Below are positions 28,579-38,453 of a stretch of DNA of 64,000 bases, piece by piece (positions within the stretch are counted from its first letter, which is position 1; every line of letters starts with the position of its first letter). This stretch comes from Candidatus Harrisonbacteria bacterium (lineage in GTDB: Bacteria > Patescibacteriota > Minisyncoccia > UBA6257 > UBA11618): contig VGJO01000001.1 of NCBI GenBank assembly GCA_016867415.1, forward strand, positions 7,823 through 71,822, written 5' to 3'. The notes under the pieces were generated by a model. The model saw nothing but the letters and a program-made list of their open reading frames with translations. It was not told where the DNA came from and made no database searches. The position numbers and the translations under genes were made by a program.

Positions 28579-28906
28579 GGCCCTCCAAAGAGGTGGATCT
28601 TTGTTTTCTAAACAGAGGATAGAAATATCGATTGAGTATAATCGACATTTCTATAAAAAGATTTTCAATCTTTTTATCTCCCCTCCACCCTCTTTTTTTC
28701 ATCACCTCTGAATCTCTACACTGCTAAAGAACCCTCACCCCTTCCATGAGTGACCTTTTGGAGAAAAGAAGCATAGTTTCTTGTAGTGATGTATTACCTG
28801 GATTCATCTCCTCAATACATAGCCATAAAAAATTATTTTCAAAAATTGCATGAAAGTTCGCTGGAACTTTCATGCATCTTGAAGGAAAGAGGTGAAGATT
28901 CTAAAA
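28579..28906 (+). repeat. Family-X structured element, copy X3 (~330 nt), immediately upstream of the T4SS-like cluster
   Basis: GGCCCTCCAAAGAGGTGGATCT, hairpin AAAAGATTTTCAATCTTTTT, CCCCTCCACC, TGGAGAAAAGAAGCATAG, hairpin GCATGAAAGTTCGCTGGAACTTTCATGC, TTGAAGGAAAG, TTCTAAAAAA. Confidence 0.5.
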
Positions 28907-28949
28907 AACACCCTAATCCCCATATCCATATATGCTAAAATACTAACTA

Positions 28950-29762
28950 ATGAAGCCGCCAAAAAAACTTATTTTTGGTATGGGAATTTTTTTAGCTGGT
29001 TTTGTATCCCTTATTATCTTCGGCAACCTCATTTCTCCTCCTCCCTCCACCCTTCCTTCCCAAAAATCCACTCAAGAAAATCATATAAATACTAAAAAAA
29101 TCTTCGAAAATTCATCTTCTTCCACCCCTCTCTATGAATCCCTCTCTGCCCTCAAAGAAGAGGGGACTAGCTCCACCCCCTCCGAGCTTAGCAAAGCCGA
29201 ATCCGCCATTAACCAAAAAATCGCCCAAGTTCTCACTTCCTTAAATCCCGAAGGGCCAATGAAATATGGAGATGAAGAGCTCTTGAAAGTCGAAGACCCT
29301 GAAGTCTTCGTAGATAAATATTTAAAAACCGAATTGAGCAAAATCACCGACATCATCGCTAAAGAATCCTTCCCCATAGTCTCTTTCCCTCAAGAAAAAA
29401 TTATTACAGCCTCCGATTCCTCTACTCTTCTTTCCTCTCTTCTCTTCCTCAAATCCTCGCTTGAAAAACATGAGCCAAAAGACGTGGATATGGAAAACAT
29501 TCTCACCGCCTACCAAAATCTGAAAATTGATTTGAAAAGTCGCCCCCTTTCCGAATCTCTCGTTCCTTTCTACGAACGCGAGCTCTCCCTGATCGAGCAA
29601 GATATAAAAAATATCATCCGCATCCAAAATGCCAAGCAGAGTCCCTTTGAAGCGATTATTGCTTATAAAAAACGAGAAGAAGTATTAAGTGCTTTCATGA
29701 CGCTAAAAAATGACATTAATACATTCGCCAAAAAAAATAAGCTTTCCTTTGAATGGCTATGA
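28950..29762 (+). CDS. Hypothetical membrane-anchored protein (270 aa), first gene of the T4SS-like cluster
   Basis: N-terminal TM helix LIFGMGIFLAGFVSLIIFGNLI, then a Ser/Glu-rich extracellular region. Confidence 0.45.
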   Translation: MKPPKKLIFGMGIFLAGFVSLIIFGNLISPPPSTLPSQKSTQENHINTKKIFENSSSSTPLYESLSALKEEGTSSTPSELSKAESAINQKIAQVLTSLNPEGPMKYGDEELLKVEDPEVFVDKYLKTELSKITDIIAKESFPIVSFPQEKIITASDSSTLLSSLLFLKSSLEKHEPKDVDMENILTAYQNLKIDLKSRPLSESLVPFYERELSLIEQDIKNIIRIQNAKQSPFEAIIAYKKREEVLSAFMTLKNDINTFAKKNKLSFEWL

Positions 29763-31147
29763 CCTCCACCCTTAAAAAAATTATTCTCTCCTTTCTTCTC
29801 TGTGGCCTTATCATTCCATTAGTTGTAAAGCCTCAAAAAGCGCACGCCATCTTCGGCCTCGGCATCGACGCCGTCGTTGAGCAGGTCTTTCGTAGTGCTT
29901 TGGAGGCTGCAAAGCGCCAAGCCCTCGCTCACATTACAAACAATATCATCGACTGGATTGAAAACGGTGGCTCCCCCCGCTTCATCACTAATTGGGAAAG
30001 CTTCTTCTCTGAAATCACTAATTCCATCACCACTCAATTTGTTGGCGAGCTCGGCCTCGGCTTCCTATGTTCTCCCTTTGGTTTCAATATCCAAATAAGC
30101 ATTAATCGCGCGCCCCGCTTTGCCACCTACGCCGCCTGTACTCTTGATACAGTCGTGAGCAACATTGAAAATTTTTATAATGATTTCCGAAATGGCGGCT
30201 GGATCGCCTTTGCTGAATCCTGGCAACCGCAAAATAATTACTATGGCTCCGTCCTTCTTGCTCTCCAGGAGCGTGATCGCCGCATTGCTCAGGAAGGTTT
30301 GACCGGCGCTATCAAATCCCTCGCCAATCAAGGCTTCCTATCCACGGAAAGCTGCCAAATCTTCAACGGCCGCGTGAATTGCCATATTACCACTCCCGGC
30401 CCTCAAGTCGCCGCCCTCTTATCCAAAGCCATGGGCACCGACATTGATTACATTGTTAATTCCCAGGAACTCTCCGTCTACGCCGCCGCCATCGCCGACG
30501 CCTTGATCAATCGCGCTATCCGTGCCGGCGCCGAAGGCATCTTAGGTCTTAAGGTCCAAAGGGCTGATGTCGTTACCGTCCTAAACACTGATCCCTGCTC
30601 CGGCCTCTCTGGTCCCAGCCTCCGTGATTGCCGCAAAGTCCCACCTCTTGAGCTCCAAGGCCTCTCTTTCGTCCAATCCGCATATATCCAAGAGATCGAC
30701 GCTACTCTCGCTCCTTTAAGCGAAGCGGAGTCCGCCTTGATCGACTCGGCCTACAGCACCGAAGAAGTAATAAATGATCTTACAAATCTCACCGCCTGCT
30801 CTACCCGCTACAATTTCACATCCAAAATAAATCTTATGGCGGAATTAATCTCAGAAACCACTAAACTTAATAATCTCCGTGCCGAAATCACTTCCCTCGA
30901 CGGCAACGTCCGCAGTCTCTTAAATGCCCGAGGATTTATCGGGAACGCTTCCCCGGGCGTCGGCGGCGCCGATGCAGTTGCCACCAATTTCTACAACGTC
31001 TCCGGCCTCCTCGATCCTAATCGGGCAATTTCTCTCTTGGAGACGAAGAGCGGCCAGTCTCTCAGCATCATCACTGAAAACAATCAGAAACTTATTAAAA
31101 TCCGAAGCGAGCTCAACGCCTGCCTCGCTTCTAGGCTAGGTCAATAA
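29753..31147 (+). CDS. Secreted cysteine-rich hypothetical protein (464 aa)
   Basis: Signal peptide ...KPQKAHA, 12 Cys residues, and a coiled-coil-like C-terminus. Confidence 0.5.
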   Translation: MAMTSTLKKIILSFLLCGLIIPLVVKPQKAHAIFGLGIDAVVEQVFRSALEAAKRQALAHITNNIIDWIENGGSPRFITNWESFFSEITNSITTQFVGELGLGFLCSPFGFNIQISINRAPRFATYAACTLDTVVSNIENFYNDFRNGGWIAFAESWQPQNNYYGSVLLALQERDRRIAQEGLTGAIKSLANQGFLSTESCQIFNGRVNCHITTPGPQVAALLSKAMGTDIDYIVNSQELSVYAAAIADALINRAIRAGAEGILGLKVQRADVVTVLNTDPCSGLSGPSLRDCRKVPPLELQGLSFVQSAYIQEIDATLAPLSEAESALIDSAYSTEEVINDLTNLTACSTRYNFTSKINLMAELISETTKLNNLRAEITSLDGNVRSLLNARGFIGNASPGVGGADAVATNFYNVSGLLDPNRAISLLETKSGQSLSIITENNQKLIKIRSELNACLASRLGQ

Positions 31148-31149
31148 CC

Positions 31150-33147
31150 ATGAAAACCATCTTCCGTTTTCTAAAAATATTCGCCCCCGCTCTCGCCCTC
31201 CTCCCTAATTTTGCCTTCGCCGCCCCGATGGATTGGTTTGGCAGCCAAATCTTGGCTGGTGGTATGGCTCTTGCGGTTCGCGTTATTCTCTTCATCTACT
31301 ATGTCTTAGGACAGATGGCCTCCGCCATCTTTGCCTTTAGCGCCGCCTTAGTTGAGCTTGCCGTTGACTTGAATTCCCGCATCATTCTCTCTCCTATAGT
31401 CCAAAACGGCTGGCTCATCATGCGTGACTTCACCAATCTCGGGATTGTGATCGCTCTTATCTTCATCGCCTTTGCCACGATGCTCAATATCGAAAATTAT
31501 GACCTGAAAAAAATCATCCCAAAGCTTGTCATCATCGGTATTCTTATTAATTTTTCCCTCTCCATCGCCGGTAGCTTAATCGATGGCACCGGCATCATCA
31601 GCAACTTCTTCGTTTATAAGATCAATGGGGGAGTAACGAGCACCGGCGGCCTAAGCAAGCTCACGGAAAATATTGGAACCGCTTTTCAACTTGAAAGCCT
31701 TCAGAAAACCACAACCCCCGAAGCCATTAAAAACTCTTCTTTTGATGATTTTTCCGCCGGCGCTCTTGGTCTCATCTTAAGCCTCTTTTTCGTCACCGCC
31801 TTCTCACTCTTAGGCGCTCTTGTAATGGGCATGATCGCCGCCCTCTTTATCGTCCGCTACATCTGGCTCATTCTTCTTTTAGTCGTCATGCCCATAGTCT
31901 GGCTTACTTTTGTCGTCCCTACCTGGAACAGGTACTGGAAAATCTGGTGGGAAAATTTTATCGGCCAACTTTTCTACGTACCGATCTCTCTCTTCTTTGT
32001 TTTCATCTCCATCCTTCTTGTCACTAATTATAAAAATGATCCTAATTCTATTATCCAGCTCTCTCAAGGTTTAAATATTAAAAATGAATTTTTCAATAAA
32101 AATTTCCTTATTAGAATTCAAGACTTCGCCGCCTCTGCCGGCCAAATGGTCATGGTTATGGGCCTTATGTATGGTAGTATTATTTTTTCCAAAAGTATTA
32201 GCAGTATGGGATCAGTAGCCATAGTTGGCGCTTTTGATCGAGCCGCTAAGTATGGCTTTAATAAGTCTAAGTCCTTTGCTAAAAATACCGCAATCGGCGC
32301 CGGCCGAGGAATTAAGACCTCCGTCTACAACACCACTGCGAAACCCTTTCTTCAATCCAATCTCGCCCAGTCTCTTGCAAATCGTTCTGCAGGTACGCCC
32401 GGACTCCGTGGCTTAGGCAGCTCCTTAAGCAACGCCATCACAAATCAGAAAGAAGCTGTAAATAGTCAGGTTACCGCCTATCAAAACAGCTATCTCAAAA
32501 ACCTTCCCTCAAGCAGCGCTGTCGCAAGTTATAGTGAAGGCACTGAAATAGAGCGTCTCGCTAAAGTTAGTGAGCTAAGCTCCCGTGAGAAAGGGGACAT
32601 AAGTGCCATCTTCGCCGGCCTAAAAGGCCCCGCCCTTAATAAAAAATTAACCTCCTACGTCGACTCCGCTAAAAATGCCGGAAATAAAGCCGCTGCCACC
32701 GCCCTCACTAAATTCTTCTTGAGAAACAAAACTCTTTTTGATGCAAAAACTCAGACTACTACCATGAATCGCCTTCTCGACCTTAATCGCGACCTAAAGA
32801 CCGACAAAGAGCTCTTAAAAACCAGCCCACATCTTGCAACCGAATTCGGCAAAAATATTGCCGAAGAAGTAAAGAAGATTAAACCGAGAGACATTATTGA
32901 GCTGGAGCGTGACGCCTTCGAAAATAATGAAGTGATCACCGCCCTCGAGAACTCTCAACTCTCCGAACTCGGTAAAAACGCCACTCCCGAAATCAAAGAT
33001 ATTATCCACACCCAGGTAAAAACCCTCCTTGCGAAAAAAGACACCATGACTCCCGAGCTCCAAGCTAAGCTTAATACTCTTGGCAAAATCATGAATACCC
33101 CCGCCTGGACCACTACAATCACAGTAGCTAAAAATCCTTCTCCTTAA
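31150..33147 (+). CDS. VirB6/TrbL-like polytopic membrane protein (665 aa) with a long hydrophilic C-terminal domain
   Basis: Signal/TM then at least 6 further TM helices in the first ~350 aa, followed by an ~300-aa soluble tail. The architecture and its position next to VirB3/VirB4-like genes are typical of the VirB6 family. Confidence 0.45.
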   Translation: MKTIFRFLKIFAPALALLPNFAFAAPMDWFGSQILAGGMALAVRVILFIYYVLGQMASAIFAFSAALVELAVDLNSRIILSPIVQNGWLIMRDFTNLGIVIALIFIAFATMLNIENYDLKKIIPKLVIIGILINFSLSIAGSLIDGTGIISNFFVYKINGGVTSTGGLSKLTENIGTAFQLESLQKTTTPEAIKNSSFDDFSAGALGLILSLFFVTAFSLLGALVMGMIAALFIVRYIWLILLLVVMPIVWLTFVVPTWNRYWKIWWENFIGQLFYVPISLFFVFISILLVTNYKNDPNSIIQLSQGLNIKNEFFNKNFLIRIQDFAASAGQMVMVMGLMYGSIIFSKSISSMGSVAIVGAFDRAAKYGFNKSKSFAKNTAIGAGRGIKTSVYNTTAKPFLQSNLAQSLANRSAGTPGLRGLGSSLSNAITNQKEAVNSQVTAYQNSYLKNLPSSSAVASYSEGTEIERLAKVSELSSREKGDISAIFAGLKGPALNKKLTSYVDSAKNAGNKAAATALTKFFLRNKTLFDAKTQTTTMNRLLDLNRDLKTDKELLKTSPHLATEFGKNIAEEVKKIKPRDIIELERDAFENNEVITALENSQLSELGKNATPEIKDIIHTQVKTLLAKKDTMTPELQAKLNTLGKIMNTPAWTTTITVAKNPSP

Positions 33148-33410
33148 AAACCTAACTCGAACAATAACCCCAGCCAATTCACCGACAAAGGCCTCGGCAT
33201 CTAACCATGAAGGCATTATAAGATCATTAAACGTTTTTCTTTTTTGCATTCTTAAATGTACTGGATTCCGGCTCGGTGGCCGGAATGACAATCCCTTCAA
33301 AACACTATATATGCCTTGTCTTGCCATAGCGTACTCACGAAGGAGGAGAGGATTTTACGATTTTCTTTATAAATAAATTAAAAATATAGCCCGTCGCCAA
33401 GCGCAGGATT

Positions 33411-33589
33411 TTTGAGTCGAGTTTACGATTTATTTCTGAGGACAAGCCCGGGAGCACTACTAAGAAAAAGGTATGTCGAAGGTATGGAGTACTCTCCGTA
33501 CCGGAGATCTCGAGTGCTCTCGAGGTGAAGGACTTACTGGAAGAAAAAATCGCAAAATTGGCCAAAAAGACAAGCGCCCTACAAGCTAA
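33411..33589 (+). repeat. Family-1 structured repeat, copy E (carries a ~60-nt internal insertion)
   Basis: GCGCAGGATTTTTGAGTCGAGTTTACGATTTATTTCTGAGGAC......GGAAGAAAAAATCGCAAAATTGGCCAAAAAGACAAGCGCC. CGATTT and AAATCG are complementary. Confidence 0.55.
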
Positions 33590-33612
33590 TCAAATATAGT
33601 ATAATACTACTA

Positions 33613-34515
33613 ATGAACCTCGCTTTAGCCTTCCTCTCCCTCCCCGAACCCGTAAAAGATTGGTTTGGCTCGCTCGAGCTCGCTGATCGGCTTTCTGATG
33701 TAAACAACTCTCTTGGTCTGGTAGGGGATAACGAATCTCTTTTAAGCAATCTTCTCCTCCGCATCATCACCCTTGATCTCGATATCCGCGACCTTATAAA
33801 CGAGCTTGGTCTTCTCCTGCAAATAAATGAAGGGAAAGCAAAAGAAATTGCCGCCACTCTCATAAAAACCACTCTCACCCCCATAGAAAAAGAATTAATT
33901 CCTTTAGGAATTAATGTGAGGGACGGACTCGCAAACCCCAGCCTTCCCGACTCCAGACTTTCCACTTTTGGTAATACCCCCCGCCCAATAACACCGGAAA
34001 TAAATCCGCTCGCTACCCCTCTTTCTCCTAAATCCGAAGCTTTCTTTAAAAACATTCCTCTTCCGCAATCTCCCCCTTCCTTTAAAGAAGGGGATTCTCC
34101 TTCTAAAGCCTTCTCCAAAACCCCGATTACTCTCCCTCCTATCTTCGAATTTAGCGAGAACAGACAAGAAGAAAAAAAAGAAAAAAATTTCACCCCTCCC
34201 GAAAATCTTCCCTTAGTTCACCAAAAAGAAGCCTCGCCCTTTATTCTCCATGAAGAGAAGGCAGAGCAAACAATAAATATCTCTCAAACCCCTTCGTTTA
34301 CATACACCCCTTCCATCACCGAAATCCCTAAAAAAGAAGAGGTAATAGTCAGCTCTATAGAAGGTTTAGCTCCCGTAATTCCGCCCACCGCCCAAAAAGT
34401 CATTCATTATACCTCCTACAAGACCGAGCTTAATCACGCCTTTTCCTCCATTCCATCCGCTAAAAAAGATCTGGAATCGAAAATAAAAAAACCTCTTTCT
34501 CATTGGTTTATATGA
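33613..34515 (+). CDS. Hypothetical Pro-rich protein (300 aa)
   Basis: ORF in the cluster; no TM helix and no domain recognised. Confidence 0.4.
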   Translation: MNLALAFLSLPEPVKDWFGSLELADRLSDVNNSLGLVGDNESLLSNLLLRIITLDLDIRDLINELGLLLQINEGKAKEIAATLIKTTLTPIEKELIPLGINVRDGLANPSLPDSRLSTFGNTPRPITPEINPLATPLSPKSEAFFKNIPLPQSPPSFKEGDSPSKAFSKTPITLPPIFEFSENRQEEKKEKNFTPPENLPLVHQKEASPFILHEEKAEQTINISQTPSFTYTPSITEIPKKEEVIVSSIEGLAPVIPPTAQKVIHYTSYKTELNHAFSSIPSAKKDLESKIKKPLSHWFI

Positions 34516-34994
34516 ATTTCCAAGTCCCTCAATTCATCGATATTGAAGATCGGATTATTGGTCCGCTCACATTAAAGCAATTCGGCTATCTCGCCATCGC
34601 TTTTCTTCTCTCTTTCTTCTCTTTTTTTATCTTCACTTTTCTTATCTGGGTACTCATCACTCTCCTTGTAGCCGCAATCAGCATTCTCTTCGCCTTCATC
34701 CGCTACAACGAGCGCCCTTTTTCTATTCTTTTCCTCTCCGTCGTTTCATTTGCCTTTCATAAAAAGAAATATCGCAAAAATATTAGCGGAGAAGAGGAGG
34801 GTAAAAAAGAGATTCCTCAAAGCCACCTCGGCGATCTCACTCTCGCCCTAGAGACGAGTACCGCCCCGATGAAAAACGAACGCTCCTTTTTAAAACCCTT
34901 CCTTGATTCCTTACGTGAAGAAAAAGACCGCTACGAAATCCTAAAAAAGATCACTGGAGAAAAAGAGGTCGCAAGAAGAATTGATTACCGATAA
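34503..34994 (+). CDS. PrgI/VirB3-like small membrane protein (163 aa)
   Basis: N-terminal ...VPQFIDIEDRIIGPLTLKQFGYLAIAFLL... followed by two TM helices. Its position directly before the VirB4-like ATPase is as in Gram-positive T4SS. Confidence 0.45.
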   Translation: MVYMNFQVPQFIDIEDRIIGPLTLKQFGYLAIAFLLSFFSFFIFTFLIWVLITLLVAAISILFAFIRYNERPFSILFLSVVSFAFHKKKYRKNISGEEEGKKEIPQSHLGDLTLALETSTAPMKNERSFLKPFLDSLREEKDRYEILKKITGEKEVARRIDYR

Positions 34995-35628
34995 AGTCAT
35001 GGACAATAAAAATACACTCGGATCAGCCTTTGATCTCTTCCCAATCAAAGAAATCAAAAATAACATCATCTTCCTCAATGATGGCGGTCTCCGTAAAATC
35101 CTCCTCGTCTCCGGCGTTAATTTTGAATTAAAGTCTGAACAAGACCAAAATGTCTTAATCTATACTTTCCAAGACTTTCTAAACTCTCTCAAATTCCCGC
35201 TTCAAATCATCATTCATTCCCGAAAATTAAACATTGCTTCATATCTCGAAAATATCCGCGCCGTTGAGAATATGGAAAAAAACAAACTCCTCCAAAGCAT
35301 CATGAAAGATTATGGGAACTTTGTCGGTGATTTTGTGAAAAATAATCCTATAATGGAAAAAACCTTTTTTGTCGTCGTTCCGTATGATTCCTTTTCGCTA
35401 AGTAGCGCTAAGGCTTCTTTAAAAACATTATTTGGTAAAAAAATAACAGCCACCGAAGAGTCTGAGAACGAACACAAAGAAAAGGTAAAAAATATCGGTC
35501 TTCGCATCGATGAAGTGATGGCTGGGTTAAGCCGTATTGGTCTCCGCTCCGTCGCCTTGGAAACTGAAGAGTTAATTGAATTATTTGAAAACTTTTCTCA
35601 TCCAAAAACTATCGAAAATCATTCTTAG
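34981..35628 (+). CDS. VirB4/TraC-like protein, N-terminal domain encoded as a separate ORF (215 aa)
   Basis: ...IKNNIIFLNDGGLRKILLVSGVNFELKSEQDQNVLIYTFQDFLNSL... resembles the VirB4 N-terminal domain. The ORF ends 218 bp before the ATPase ORF. Confidence 0.45.
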   Translation: MITDKVMDNKNTLGSAFDLFPIKEIKNNIIFLNDGGLRKILLVSGVNFELKSEQDQNVLIYTFQDFLNSLKFPLQIIIHSRKLNIASYLENIRAVENMEKNKLLQSIMKDYGNFVGDFVKNNPIMEKTFFVVVPYDSFSLSSAKASLKTLFGKKITATEESENEHKEKVKNIGLRIDEVMAGLSRIGLRSVALETEELIELFENFSHPKTIENHS

Positions 35629-35846
35629 AATTAATCTTAAAAATATTGTCCATCCAAAAGCCCATGAAACGCGAACCAAAAGATAAGTTTGAAATCAAAG
35701 AGAACCCTCGTTCATTAGGAAAGAAATGAATTCTTTTATCTAGGTTTAGTGAGCTGACGATGACAAAATAAAATAATGCTTCAAATAACTTCTGTTAAAA
35801 TACTTTATCTATTTTTTGTGGTATTTTTGAGATGAGTTCTAGATAA

Positions 35847-37538
35847 ATGGAAAATACAAACGAAGTAAAAAATAAAATCACTCCCGAATCTCTTGATATC
35901 TACTCGAGTAAGCTTAAGGTAGGGGATAAATTTGTAAAAATTATTTTCCTCTTAAATTATCCTCGCTACGTCAGCGTAGGCTGGTTTTCACCCATCGTAA
36001 ACGCACCGGAACTCATGGACATCTCCCTACATTTTGATCCGGTCGAAACTGCAGCCGCTCTAAAAAATCTCAAAAAAAAGACAGCGCAGATCGAAGCCCA
36101 GATCTTCGAACGGGAAGAGCAAGGCCTTATTCGCTCGCCCGAGCTGGAAACCGCCCACCACGATATTGAGACTCTTCGCGACGTTCTTCTCCAAGCCACG
36201 GAAAATCTTTTCAAAGTCAGCGCTTATATTGCTCTTTATGCGGACGATGAATCCTCATTAAACCGCCTGGAAAATAAAATCAGCAACATACTCGAAAGCC
36301 GCCTTATTAATGTAAAAACCGCTATCTTCGAACAACTCTCTGGCTTTCGCTCTATTCTCCCTTTAAATAAAAATGAATTAGAAGTTTCTGCTTTTTTCAA
36401 CTCCTCTCCCGCTTCCTCTTTCTTTCCGTTTGTGAGCGCCACTCTCACTTCTAATAAAGGTGTTCTGCAGGGTATTAATCTTGAAAATAATACTCTTATT
36501 ATTTTTGATCGCTTCTCTTTGGAAAATGCTAATAAAGTCATCTTCGCTACCTCCGGCTCCGGTAAATCCTACGCTGCCAAACTCGAAGCCCTCCGTGAGC
36601 TTATGTTTGGCACCGACGTCATCATCATTGATCCGGAAAATGAATATAAAAAACTCGCCGAATCCGTCGGCGGCACCTTTATTAATATTTCCTTAGCTAG
36701 TAAGGAACATGTAAACCCTTTTGATATTCCTATCATCCCCGAAGATGAAAATCCTGCCGACGTTCTAAAGTCTCACATAGTAAATCTCGCGGGCCTAATC
36801 AAGATGATGCTTGGTAAAATCGAGCCCGAAGAAGAAGCCTTAATCGACAGAGCTATCTCCGAGACCTATGCCGCTTTTGATATCTACCCCGGCAGCAACC
36901 TTAAGAATATTAAGACCCCCCTCCTTTCCGACCTCGAATCCGTCCTGAGAAATCTTGAAGGTGGAGAAAAAATCGCCAGCCGCCTCTACCGGTTTACGAA
37001 CGGCAGCTACGCCGGTTTTAGCAATAAAGAAACAAATATTAATATTAATAATCGGCTCGTCGTCTTCTCTATCCGAGATCTTGAGGAAGAACTCCGTCCG
37101 ATTGCTATGTATGTGATCTTAAACTACATCTGGAATCTTATTAAAAGCGAAAAGAAGAAACGTATCCTAATCGTTGATGAAGCCTGGTGGATGATGAAAT
37201 ATCCTGACGGTGCTTCCTTCCTCTTTGGTCTTGTAAAGCGCGCCCGCAAGTATTATCTAGGAGTCACCACCATCACCCAAGATGTTGAAGATTTCCTCCT
37301 CTCCTCATACGGCCGACCAATCCTGACCAACTCCTCTCAAAAGCTTCTGTTAAAGCAGCAGCCCGCTATGATTGACACTCTGGTTAAGACCTTCAATCTC
37401 ACCGAGAATGAAAAAATTCTCCTCCTCGACGCCGAGGTGGGGGAGGGCCTTTTTTTTGCCGGCTTAAAGCATGTGGTAATCAAAATTGTCGCCTCCGACC
37501 TTGAAGATGAAATAGTAAGCACTAAACCTGCCTCATGA
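35847..37538 (+). CDS. VirB4/TrbE/CagE-family T4SS ATPase, C-terminal ATPase portion (563 aa)
   Basis: Walker A FATSGSGKSYAAK, Walker B ILIVDEAWWMM, and ...GVTTITQDVEDF..., the conserved VirB4 C-terminal motif. Confidence 0.8.
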   Translation: MENTNEVKNKITPESLDIYSSKLKVGDKFVKIIFLLNYPRYVSVGWFSPIVNAPELMDISLHFDPVETAAALKNLKKKTAQIEAQIFEREEQGLIRSPELETAHHDIETLRDVLLQATENLFKVSAYIALYADDESSLNRLENKISNILESRLINVKTAIFEQLSGFRSILPLNKNELEVSAFFNSSPASSFFPFVSATLTSNKGVLQGINLENNTLIIFDRFSLENANKVIFATSGSGKSYAAKLEALRELMFGTDVIIIDPENEYKKLAESVGGTFINISLASKEHVNPFDIPIIPEDENPADVLKSHIVNLAGLIKMMLGKIEPEEEALIDRAISETYAAFDIYPGSNLKNIKTPLLSDLESVLRNLEGGEKIASRLYRFTNGSYAGFSNKETNININNRLVVFSIRDLEEELRPIAMYVILNYIWNLIKSEKKKRILIVDEAWWMMKYPDGASFLFGLVKRARKYYLGVTTITQDVEDFLLSSYGRPILTNSSQKLLLKQQPAMIDTLVKTFNLTENEKILLLDAEVGEGLFFAGLKHVVIKIVASDLEDEIVSTKPAS

Positions 37539-37828
37539 AGAAAATATTCTTAGCCGAAGCCGCCCCTCTCATTATCTTTTCTGTTATTATCGATCTTATT
37601 GAGCTCACCGCCGTTGGTGGCCTCTTTACCAGTATTCCCTCAATTATCCTATTCATTATTATTCGCGAGTATCTTAATATAAAAGGAGCAAAGAAAAATT
37701 ACCTCTTCTGGCTATCCTTCTTTGACTATTTCCCAATCATAAACATCCTCCCTTTAAAAACCACAGCACTTGTGATTTCCATAACCTTCCATAATCATGC
37801 GGCTGCTAAATTTAACTCTGCTTCCTAA
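37535..37828 (+). CDS. Small hydrophobic membrane protein (97 aa)
   Basis: Three predicted TM segments; start overlaps the upstream stop by 4 nt. Confidence 0.4.
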   Translation: MKKIFLAEAAPLIIFSVIIDLIELTAVGGLFTSIPSIILFIIIREYLNIKGAKKNYLFWLSFFDYFPIINILPLKTTALVISITFHNHAAAKFNSAS

Positions 37829-38453
37829 ATCACTCCTTTTTTTCACTATTCTTTCTTCCATTTTTTTGTTGCCAAAAAATAGCCTGGCCACTCCCTCCCT
37901 TTTTATTAATTGGAAAGCCTTAACCCTTTCCTCTGATTCCTATTCCGGTAAAAATCTTCCCACTCCCGGCTCTCAAGTAGAGCTTGGAATCTTTGCTTTA
38001 GATGGCAATCAACTAACAAATCTAAAAACCGCCGATGTTTTCTGGTACCAAAATGAAAATCTTATTAAGAAAGGCTCAGGCCTTTCTCATATCACCCTCA
38101 CTCTTGATGAGTCCGGCACCCCAACTACCATCAGAGTGAAAGTAAAAAAGGACGACACTATTATCGAAGGACTTACTATCATAAACCCGGTCTCATCCAA
38201 TCTCTACATTGAAGTGAAAAAAACTATCTCTAAAAGCTCCGTCTTTTTTGCTCGCCCTCTCTTCTTTAATGTTAATAATCTAGAAAATCTTTCCTTTGAA
38301 TGGGAAGCGGGCGGAAAGAAAGTGGTCGGACCCAGTTCTCTTACTCTAAGCGTCCCTCCGGAAATTGATTCTATTCTCTTAAAAAGCACGGTAAAAAATA
38401 AAACTCGCAAAGTGGAGCAAGTAAGTGAAACTATTTCCCTTAAAAATGGCTAA
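37797..38453 (+). CDS. Secreted hypothetical protein (218 aa)
   Basis: Signal peptide ...NSLATPS; beta-rich composition. Confidence 0.45.
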   Translation: MRLLNLTLLPKSLLFFTILSSIFLLPKNSLATPSLFINWKALTLSSDSYSGKNLPTPGSQVELGIFALDGNQLTNLKTADVFWYQNENLIKKGSGLSHITLTLDESGTPTTIRVKVKKDDTIIEGLTIINPVSSNLYIEVKKTISKSSVFFARPLFFNVNNLENLSFEWEAGGKKVVGPSSLTLSVPPEIDSILLKSTVKNKTRKVEQVSETISLKNG

